A model generated the notes under the pieces. It searched no databases. It was not told the DNA's origin and saw only the letters and a list, made by a program, of their open reading frames with translations. From the NCBI RefSeq assembly GCF_001194135.2, contig NC_068992.1, positions 3,589,727 to 3,627,955 of the forward strand: 38,229 nt of DNA, given 5' to 3'. The DNA comes from Octopus bimaculoides (taxonomy: Eukaryota). The translations under genes were made by a program, and so were the position numbers. Shown in pieces: positions 1 through 9,303 of the stretch (its first letter is position 1; every line of letters starts with the position of its first letter).

Positions 1-55
1 ATATATATATATATATATATATATGTATGCATGCATGAACATATAGATATATGTG

Positions 56-248
56 TGTGTGTGTGTGTTTGTATCTGTGTTTTCCCCCACCACCGCTTGA
101 CAACCAGTATTGGCGTGTTTACGTCTTCGTAATTTAGCGGTTCGGTAGAATAAGAGTTCGATAGAATAAGTATCAGGCTTATAAAGAGTAAGTACTGTGG
201 TCTATATATTCGGTTGAAGTTTCTTGAAAGTAGTACTCCACCATGGCC
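56..248 (+). mobile_element. tRNA-derived SINE family B, 3' half
   Basis: Matches the reverse complement of 3788-3960 and the copy at 2865-3040 (accaccgcttgacaacc...tagcggttcgg...gatagaataagta). Confidence 0.75.
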
Positions 249-249
249 T

Positions 250-552
250 AATGCTCTTAGCTTAGACGTTTTGGGGGGCGACCAGTTCGAACCGTCTCAA
301 GTGTAATTGCCCGAAACGGTCGTAACTTCTGGAACTTGACTGAACAAAAAAAGCCAAGAATGACCCGTCTTTTTTTTGCCTGTCCTTCTAATTGTTGTTT
401 CTCTTGCCCGCATTTATGTCATCTATCTGTCCGAACGTTTTATTGCACTCTATATATATATATATATATATATATATGGGAGAATATACAAATAACAACA
501 ACAGACGAGGACAGGTGGTGTAAATAACAAAAGTATATATTAGTATGACGCT
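250..552. mobile_element. Penelope-like element terminal fragments (two sub-segments around an (AT)n tract)
   Basis: 311-400 is the reverse complement of 2563-2641. 478-540 recurs at 36278-36320 and inverted at ~2760-2840. GAAACGGTC at 313-321 resembles the 3' half of a hammerhead core. The family assignment is inferred. Confidence 0.5.
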
Positions 553-567
553 ATATATATATATATA

Positions 568-714
568 TTCGACAGGTTTCCATCAATGAAACACACTCAC
601 AAGGCTTTAGTCGGCCCCAGGTTATAGTAGAAGTTGCTTGCTCAAAGTGCGACGCAGTGGGAATGAACCCAGAACCATGTGGTCGGGAAGCAAGCTTCTT
701 ACCTCATAGCGACG
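568..714 (-). mobile_element. SINE family B, 5' (tRNA-like) portion
   Basis: Homologous to 4005-4160 and 35325-35475 (cactcacaaggctttggtcggcccgaggctatagtagaagacacttgccc...). The minus strand shows A/B-box-like motifs. Confidence 0.8.
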
Positions 715-922
715 CCCCAGTGTGGCCAAACACCACCGCGAAAAGAAAAAAAGTGCAGCCCCTCGATTCTGGACCCTTCATACAATCTTGTTCTTCATTG
801 TGAAATTTCTTTCAGCGACCGAAAGAGTATTTTTGCTGTTATTTCTAGCGAGCTGGTCGAGCAAGCACATAAGGACTCCTTCGTCAGCTGGGGTGTGTGT
901 CCATGTGTGCGCATATATGTAT

Positions 923-954
<32 letters not shown>

Positions 955-1172
955 TTGTGTGTATGTGAAGGGGAAAGGGGTGGTGGAATGGCTTAGATCT
1001 TTCCTTATTTCATGTTTTCTTTGAAGAAAAAAAAAAAGAATTCAAATGAAAAATATAAACAAAAACTCTACAATTCAGTGAATGCTTTGCGCGCGGTTTT
1101 GGTACACATGTGTATTGTGAACGCGTGTGTGTGAGTGTATTGTCTGTGTGCGTGAGAGACAGAGAGAGCGGG

Positions 1173-1209
<37 letters not shown>

Positions 1210-1630
1210 GTGTCAGTATGTCAGTGTGTCTGTGTGCCTGTAAGTCTGTCTTCTGTGTCTGTGTGTGCGACTCGTTTAACGGGAACGTGTAAATCAGCTA
1301 CTACGCCTGCATTCAGTTAGAAAGGGCGGTAGTGAGAGTAGTATAGACAGTCGTGGTAGCAGGAGTGGTTAGAGAGTCACGAGGTTGATAAAACTGCACA
1401 CACGCACTTTCTGGCAGATTGAAACGTAAAACAACGAAACGGAGACACCAACAGATATGTATATATATAAACACATATATATACACACACACACACATGT
1501 ATACGTTTGTATATGCGTCTCTGTATTGTGAGTACCTACATAGTATACCTCCCACACGCACACATTTATAAGGTAGAGAGAGAAAGATAGAGAACAAGAG
1601 AGTGTAATACAGAGAGAGACAGGGGATGAG

Positions 1631-1672
<42 letters not shown>

Positions 1673-2056
1673 CAACAGACAGAAAATAACGGAGAGGTGG
1701 ACAGTGTTTACAGATATTACACAAAAGTAAAGCACNNNNNNNNNNNNNNNNNNNNNNNNNNNNNNNNNNNNNNNNNNNNNNNNNNNNNNNNNNNNNNNNN
1801 NNNNNNNNNNNNNNNNNNNNNNNNNNNNNNNNNNNNNNNNNNNNNNNNNNNNNNNNNNNNNNNNNNNNNNNNNNNNNNNNNNNNNNNNNNNNNNNNNNNN
1901 NNNNNNNNNNNNNNNNNNNNNNNNNNNNNNNNNNNNNNNNNNNNNNNNNNNNNNNNNNNNNNNNNNNNNNNNNNNNNNNNNNNNNNNNNNNNNNNNNNNN
2001 NNNNNNNNNNNNNNNNNNNNNNNNNNNNNNNNNNNNNNNNNNNNNNNNNNNNNNNN

Positions 2057-2165
2057 TTTCATCTTCCCGTGATCAATAAAATTTGTACCAGTTGAGCACT
2101 GGTTTCAATGTAATCGACTTAACCTCTCCCCCAAAATTTCAGGCTTTGTGCTTTTAGTAGAAAGG
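2057..2165 (+). mobile_element. SINE family A, 3' half, ending in a (TTA)n tail
   Basis: Aligns to the 3' half of the copy at 20561-20764 (gtaccagttg...aatcgact...ccccaaaatttc.ggc..tg.gc.t...agtagaaa). The 5' half falls in an N-gap. Confidence 0.8.

Positions 2166-2231
<66 letters not shown>
2166..2231. repeat. (ATT)n microsatellite shared between two oppositely oriented SINE tails
   Basis: About 21 perfect ATT units, seen directly. Confidence 0.95.
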
Positions 2232-2235
<4 letters not shown>

Positions 2236-2311
2236 TCACTGCCTGGAATCGAACTCGGAATCTTGGGGTTAGTAGCAAGCACTCTTAACCATTACGTCAT
2301 ATGCCCGTGGG
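2231..2311 (-). mobile_element. Short tRNA-derived SINE head with (AAT)n tail
   Basis: Minus strand reads gggcatatgacgtaatggttaagagtgc...gagttcgattccaggcagtgacc-(aat)n, with A-box-like TGACGTAATGG and B-box GAGTTCGATTCC. No intact cloverleaf. Confidence 0.65.
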
Positions 2312-2329
2312 CATAATAATAATAGTATT

Positions 2330-2468
2330 GAAAAATACCTTAGGAATGAGAACCCAGGTTCGAAATTTCTCCGAGACACCTGATGAAAGCTGGAGGATAT
2401 ATCAGCTGAAATCTTGTATTAACAACAAACAAGATGAGGACAAATATCCGTCAAAGTAAATAATGTAA
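2330..2468 (+). mobile_element. Penelope-like element terminal repeat containing a degenerate minimal hammerhead ribozyme
   Basis: GACAC-CTGATGA-A-AGCTG-loop-CAGCT-GAAA-TC-TT-GTATT at 2375-2420. The downstream part recurs inverted at ~21190-21268. Confidence 0.65.
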
Positions 2469-2720
2469 ATGGGGTATAATCTGTTGTGTTTCAAGTTCAC
2501 TGTAACTGGCACTCCGTCGGATACGACGATGAGGTTTCCAGTTGATCCGATTAACAATCAGAGGACAGGCAAAAGAAAGGAAAGAGTCATTTGTGTCTTT
2601 CTTTCTTCAGTCAAGTTCCAGAAGTCACGACCGTTTCGGGCATATATATATAATGTAACCACATGTGAAACATTAGAGATTTTTTCCCTCCGTCTTCCTT
2701 TTCTATTGGACTTTCCTCTG

Positions 2721-2753
2721 TTTCTGAAGGCGAGCAATGCTCGAAACGTAAAA
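2721..2753 (+). ncRNA. Minimal type I hammerhead ribozyme-like motif (Penelope-associated)
   Basis: TTT-CTGAAGG-C-GAGC-aat-GCTC-GAAA-CG-TA-AAA. Stem II is perfect, helix III is the palindromic ACGT, and the cleavage triplet is GUA. One core change (A9 to G); stem I is only 3 bp. Confidence 0.55.
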
Positions 2754-2864
2754 ACCATCTTTCTTTCCTTCCCTGAACGTCTGCTAATACTTTACATGTA
2801 CCATGTCCTCGTGTTGTTGTCTTTTTTTTGTTTGTTCTTCGCTTTTTTGGATTTACTATTATAT

Positions 2865-3040
2865 ATATATATGCATTTGTGTGTGTTTGTCATTCCCCCA
2901 CCATCGCTTGACAAAAGGGATCGATAAAATAAGTACTAGGCTTACAAAGATTAAGTCCTGGGGTGTTTTTGTTCGACTAAAGTCGGTGCTACAGTATGGC
3001 AGCAGTCAAATGACTGAAACAAAAAAATGAATAAAAGAAT
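2865..3040 (+). mobile_element. SINE family B, 3' half (internally deleted)
   Basis: catcgcttgac...gataaaataagtactaggcttacaaaga.taagtcctgggg...gcagtcaaatgactgaaac is homologous to the reverse complement of 3788-3960. Confidence 0.8.
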
Positions 3041-3787
3041 AATGGTTCTCCGCTGAGATAGGGTACCGTTCTAAAGATGGAGCCGGGTGCGTGTGTGTCT
3101 GTGTGTCTGCGAGAAAGAGAGAGGGGCGAGAGAGGGAGGGAGAGCGTATGTTTATGAATGTGTGACAAAGTAGAGGTACGAGTTCGAAACTCCTTAGAAG
3201 ACTTGTCTTAACAGCATACAAACTTGTCATTATTTTATGGGATCGATGAATAAAGTATCGATCAAGTACTGGAATCGATTATCCGCCTCCCCCTTACTCC
3301 TCTCTCTCTCTCTCTCACTCTCTCTCTCTCTCTCTCTCTCCCTCTCCCCCTCCCTCTCTCTGTCTTCCTCTCTTGGTCGGAGTCGGTGGCATGCAGGGGG
3401 CTGCCAGTAAAGGAAAAGTTGAAACCATAAACCCAGTGATCGTTTCCGAACCACTCTCTGGACACAATGACACGACATCATATGAATGCATGCAAACACA
3501 NNNNNNNNNNNNNNNNNNNNNNNNNNNNNNNNNNNNNNNNNNNNNNNNNNNNNNNNNNNNNNNNNNNNNNNNNNNNNNNNNNNNNNNNNNNNNNNNNNNN
3601 NNNNNNNNNNNNNNNNNNNNNNNNNNNNNNNNNNNNNNNNNNNNNNNNNNNNNNNNNNNNNNNNNNNNNNNNNNNNNNNNNNNNNNNNNNNNNNNNNNNN
3701 NNNNNNNNNNNNNNNNNNNNNNNNNNNNNNNNNNNNNNNNNNNNNNNNNNNNNNNNNNNNNNNNNNNNNNNNNNNNNNNNNNNNNNN

Positions 3788-3964
3788 GACTGCGGCCATG
3801 CTGGAGCACCGCCTTTAGTCGAGCAAATCGACCCCAGGACTTATTCTTTAGAAGCCTGGTACTTATTCTATCGGTCTCTACTGCCGAACCGCTAAGTTAC
3901 GGGGACATAAACATACCAGCATCGGTTGTCAAGCGATGTTGGGGGGACAAACACAGACACACAA

Positions 3965-3997
<33 letters not shown>

Positions 3998-4162
3998 CAT
4001 ATATACGACGGGCTTCTTTCAGTTTCTGTCTACCAAATCCACTCACAAGGCTTTGGTCGGCCCGAGGCTATAGTAGGAGACACTTGCCCAAGATGCCATG
4101 CAGTGGGACTGAACCCGGGACCATGTGGTTGGTAAGCAAACTACTAACCACACAGCCACTCC
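3788..4162 (-). mobile_element. SINE family B, near full-length, with internal (CA)/(TA) tract
   Basis: tRNA-like head at ~4085-4160 on the minus strand (gtggctgtgtggttagtag...cgggttcagtccc), conserved middle, internal microsatellite and 3' domain. At least six other homologous segments occur in the window. Confidence 0.85.
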
Positions 4163-4707
4163 TACATATACACGCATCATACATATGTATGTATGTATGT
4201 ATACAATATTCACCTATAACCACACGCACAAACTCACGGCATAACGGTTTTCGATTTTTGTGAAGTTTTCAAACGAGCAAAGAAAATTTCTTTTCAAATG
4301 GTCCCCCTTCCCATAATAGAAAGACACCAACGATCACAACCACATCATCATCATCATCATAATCATCATCTACAACAACAGCAACAACAACAAGTCACAC
4401 ATTTTCAGAGATAATCTCATTATTAACTTGGTTTGTTAGTAAATATTGCGATTTATTTTGTTAAATTTCGCCCACGCAATCCAACACATGTGACTTTGTG
4501 TATTATTCTGGACGCAAATGTTTACCCTACCCCCCTCTGGCCATTTGTCTGTCTGTCAGTCAGTCAGTCAGTCAGTCTGTCTGTTAGTCTGTCTGACTGC
4601 CCATCTGTCTGTTTTTCTCTTCATGTGTGTGTGTGTAGTTGTCGATAGTTAAGTATTTCTTTTGCGACGTGTTAACTCTCTCTGTTACATGTGTGCATAC
4701 ATGTGTG

Positions 4708-4713
4708 TGTAAG

Positions 4714-4764
<51 letters not shown>

Positions 4765-5683
4765 NNNNNNNNNNNNNNNNNNNNNNNNNNNNNNNNNNNN
4801 NNNNNNNNNNNNNNNNNNNNNNNNNNNNNNNNNNNNNNNNNNNNNNNNNNNNNNNNNNNNNNNNNNNNNNNNNNNNNNNNNNNNNNNNNNNNNNNNNNNN
4901 NNNNNNNNNNNNNNNNNNNNNNNNNNNNNNNNNNNNNNNNNNNNNNNNNNNNNNNNNNNNNNNNNNNNNNNNNNNNNNNNNNNNNNNNNNNNNNNNNNNN
5001 NNNNNNNNNNNNNNNNNNNNNNNNNNNNNNNNNNNNNNNNNNNNNNNNNNNNNNNNNNNNNNNNNNNNNNNNNNNNNNNNNNNNNNNNNNNNNNNNNNNN
5101 NNNNNNNNNNNNNNNNNNNNNNNNNNNNNNNNNNNNNNNNNNNNNNNNNNNNNNNNNNNNNNNNNNNNNNNNNNNNNNNNNNNNNNNNNNNNNNNNNNNN
5201 NNNNNNNNNNNNNNNNNNNNNNNNNNNNNNNNNNNNNNNNNNNNNNNNNNNNNNNNNNNNNNNNNNNNNNNNNNNNNNNNNNNNNNNNNNNNNNNNNNNN
5301 NNNNNNNNNNNNNNNNNNNNNNNNNNNNNNNNNNNNNNNNNNNNNNNNNNNNNNNNNNNNNNNNNNNNNNNNNNNNNNNNNNNNNNNNNNNNNNNNNNNN
5401 NNNNNNNNNNNNNNNNNNNNNNNNNNNNNNNNNNNNNNNNNNNNNNNNNNNNNNNNNNNNNNNNNNNNNNNNNNNNNNNNNNNNNNNNNNNNNNNNNNNN
5501 NNNNNNNNNNNNNNNNNNNNNNNNNNNNNNNNNNNNNNNNNNNNNNNNNNNNNNNNNNNNNNNNNNNNNNNNNNNNNNNNNNNNNNNNNNNNNNNNNNNN
5601 NNNNNNNNNNNNNNNNNNNNNNNNNNNNNNNNNNNNNNNNNNNNNNNNNNNNNNNNNNNNNNNNNNNNNNNNNNNNNNNNNNN

Positions 5684-5760
<77 letters not shown>
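4708..5760. other. Assembly gap flanked by (AT)n. Other large gaps: 1736-2056, 3501-3787, 9079-9267, 16443-~16996, 23208-24108, 33124-33421, 34385-35057, 35909-36277
   Basis: N-runs seen directly. Most have (TA)n on one or both sides, typical of short-read assembly breaks. Confidence 0.98.
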
Positions 5761-5769
<9 letters not shown>

Positions 5770-7527
5770 AGTGCGTAACGTTTTAAATTTCCAGCAACTA
5801 TTTTCAAAATCATTTTTATTAATTTCTCTCTTAATTTGAAATGTCTTCGACTTCTGTGCTATTTCCACCCCCATCTGTTATATACATACATACATACATA
5901 CATACACTTACAGTTACACACACACATATATAGCGTGTAAATAATATGACTATATATAATGCATAAATAATATGATTATATATATATATATATATAAAAT
6001 GTACATGTATTGCGTATGTATATACACACATACGCGTGTATATATACATTATACGTTATACGACTGAAAGTTAAGAAGCGCAAACACTTATACAACAGTG
6101 TTTATACACACATTAGTATGCTGTATACGACGTACATATACACATACACATTTAAATTAATAATGGCTATTTTATAAACATACATATACATACATGTGTG
6201 CTTGTCTCGGTGTAAATGTATGTGTGTACGCATGTATAGATATGTATATATATGTGCGTATATATATGTATTACATCCATATGTACGTATGGTATGCGTG
6301 TATGTATGTATGTATGTATGTATGTATGTATTTATGTATGTATGTATGTGTGTGTGTCTACATATATGTGTGTATGTATATATGAATGCATATACGTATA
6401 TACACACATCACATGCAGGTAGAATAGAGTATTTGTAGATTATACTTTATTGATAATATTTGATGTGGTGGGGGGGTACTTCAATAGTTCACCCTAAATT
6501 TTGTTAACAATAGCGTTCACGTTAAGTGTAGTACGCATCTGTAAAAAAAGCATTCTCATTGGTTCATTCTACTACAACATTTTTCCATTGAAGTAAAGAC
6601 ATGGCGGTCTATATTTCAAGGGTACATGACTTGTTAAAGAAGGTATTTTTATTTGTTAGTTCGCCAAAAGAAATATACCTTTAGTCTTTACTGAATTGAG
6701 ATAAAACGATTTTAGTCATTTGTTTTCCGATAATCTTAAAGGTTTTCTCATCAGATCGAAGAACATCAATTCCAATGTAGCTATGCAACCCTACAGAAAA
6801 ATAGAACAGTCTATTGTGCTTATTCCATTAATATACATAGTCATGTGACCTGCGATTGTATGGGAGGGAAATATTCGCGCGAAGCCTTGGAGCTCATGAA
6901 TATTTATTATCTAGGCGAGTTCACTTCTATTATGGTGGAAGCAACTTAGTCTTTCATGGAAAAATACCAGCCATTCTTTTAATTTATTAACAGAAAAGTT
7001 AGTTTTAAATCTTAAAAAAATATTTTCCAACATTATTGGAAAGTGTTCAATAAGTTTCCTGCGATTCTGTGACTTTATTAGACAAGAAAATTATGCGCTA
7101 GAGTTTTTCACTAGTTACAACCTTCCACCCCCAATCTGGCATGTTCTAAATTGTTGTCAGACAGACGTCAATTGAATCTGTGCCAACGCAGCCTTATTGG
7201 TCCGATTCAATTTATGTTCTGTAGGTGCGATCGTTGAACATTAGACTTACTGCCAGGCCTTCGAGAAACAACTATTTCAGTTCTGCTCCAGACTTGGCTT
7301 TTAAACATTCTATTCCACTACTTTGGATATAATCTTTTATAATTTCCAAAACTTCTTCATTATCAACAACAATCAACTACAGTCATAAAAAACAAAATAT
7401 ATTTATTTGATTAATTAAAATCAAATAATTGTATCTGCGAGTGACTACCATTACAACTGCTAGTGTGTCAAAGAAGTATTATCCACGAGATAATTACAGC
7501 TAATCAAGACTTACTACATAACATATA

Positions 7528-7560
<33 letters not shown>

Positions 7561-7624
7561 TCTACTCTATATAATATATACACACAGATATATATTTTAT
7601 TTAATTTAACAAGGAAATTCAACA

Positions 7625-8236
7625 ATGTTTCCTAACGCTACACGTGGCTATATGCCGTTTGTTTCTAACCAGAACAAAGGTAGAAACAATAAGAACGGGA
7701 AATTAAACGAGGAGTTCAAATTGCAGCCAGGCAAGGCGTATCAAGTGACGCTGAAGGACCGTCATGGATTTACTTACAGTTACATTGTCAAGGCTGACGG
7801 TTCCAAGTCACTACCAGTTCTCTGCGACTCCAAGATGTACGGACGTCGATGTGGACCTATGTCGACATCAATGCCTAACATGGATGCTAAGCAGATTCCG
7901 GGATGCAACCGAAAGTCGGACAAATCCGGCAACGACAGGACAGATTCGTCCATTAATGGTGCCAAAGGAATTCTAACATCCATCATGCGTTTTCTCAGCT
8001 CGAAAACGAAAACTAAGGCGAAGTCGAAACGGAAACCAAAATCTTTGCCCCAACGCTGTAAGCGACAAAGGACGATATCGGCTATGTCTAACTTGGACCC
8101 TATTCAGGAAAGTCCAGATGAGAACGACGAGCGCCATTTAGGAGAAGAGGAAGAAGAAGACGATAACGACTCTTATTTACACGACAGCTGCTCCTCCACC
8201 CCCGAAAGCGATAGTATAGGAAGCGGTGATGCTTAA
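7625..8236 (+). CDS. Uncharacterised 203-aa single-exon ORF (probable lineage-restricted protein): short beta-like N-terminal segment, amphipathic helix, Lys/Arg-rich patch, acidic Ser-rich tail
   Basis: Stop-free 612-nt ORF in unique, non-microsatellite sequence that is visibly more GC-rich than its flanks. Start context is ACAATG. A candidate splice acceptor (ttttatttaatttaacaag, AG at 7612-7613) lies 11 nt upstream and a candidate donor GTAAGT at 8540-8545. No transposon motifs recognised. Confidence 0.75.
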   Translation: MFPNATRGYMPFVSNQNKGRNNKNGKLNEEFKLQPGKAYQVTLKDRHGFTYSYIVKADGSKSLPVLCDSKMYGRRCGPMSTSMPNMDAKQIPGCNRKSDKSGNDRTDSSINGAKGILTSIMRFLSSKTKTKAKSKRKPKSLPQRCKRQRTISAMSNLDPIQESPDENDERHLGEEEEEDDNDSYLHDSCSSTPESDSIGSGDA

Positions 8237-9267
8237 AGAAAGAAATAGGTTTGGTATTTTTTTTTTTAAATTATAACAACGAGGAAGAGAAGGTAACTAC
8301 AGATTCCACTTCTACTGAATGGGGGAAAAGGCACTGTGGAAGAACGAGGAAAGGAGGAGACTTTTTTTAAACGAGAAAAGTTCAATATGTACGCACATCA
8401 ACATATTTTAAATATGCGTGTGTATGTATATATATTTTTCAACGTGGAAAAAAAAAACAAAAGAAAAAACAAAGCAGAAAGACTCATACTTGAGAAATTC
8501 TAACTACTAACTCTTTCCTTAAAATGATATTTATTCAAAGTAAGTGATCCCGTTGGTTAAAAGTGTATGTATATCGTTATGTTACTAGTGTTTATATATG
8601 TAAAAACTCTACATATATCTATGTATATTTTGTATATATGTATTCCTTTACCGCGGGCACTCGATAAGTATCAACATCAGCCTGGTCTCCTCGATCAGAC
8701 AGACAACAAACGAGAGACTCCGTGTGGTGTCGTGTCGAAATCAATTTGACTAATGCTCGGTGAGTTCCTTCATCAGATGTTGAGTTGCCCCTCTTCAGGG
8801 TCAGCTACAGAATTTTAATTTTACTTTATTTTATTGTTATATATATTATATATATACATCCATATATATATATATTTTTTTTGCCACGCTGCCTCGACTG
8901 CACGCCAGTAGTTCATTCCCGTCCGTTTCATTTTATCTTTTTTTTTTCTAATATATTTTCATACGGTGGGGGACGGCAGCCCCGTTATTATATTATCATT
9001 TTTTTTATCGATTGTCAGAGAAATATGTTTAAAATGTTAGTGCCCATAATATATACATACATATATATGTAATATATANNNNNNNNNNNNNNNNNNNNNN
9101 NNNNNNNNNNNNNNNNNNNNNNNNNNNNNNNNNNNNNNNNNNNNNNNNNNNNNNNNNNNNNNNNNNNNNNNNNNNNNNNNNNNNNNNNNNNNNNNNNNNN
9201 NNNNNNNNNNNNNNNNNNNNNNNNNNNNNNNNNNNNNNNNNNNNNNNNNNNNNNNNNNNNNNNNNNN

Positions 9268-9303
<36 letters not shown>

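Noticed and set aside
2231-2311. tRNA gene
   Set aside because: It has A/B boxes but no acceptor or anticodon stem pairing, and it runs into an (AAT)n tail, so it is a SINE head.
7625-8236. Bearded/E(spl)m4-like identity for the orphan ORF (basic amphipathic helix, NxxN)
   Set aside because: It lacks NxANExL and the GTFFWT motif, the motif order differs, and no K/GY/Brd boxes were seen in the following 300 nt.
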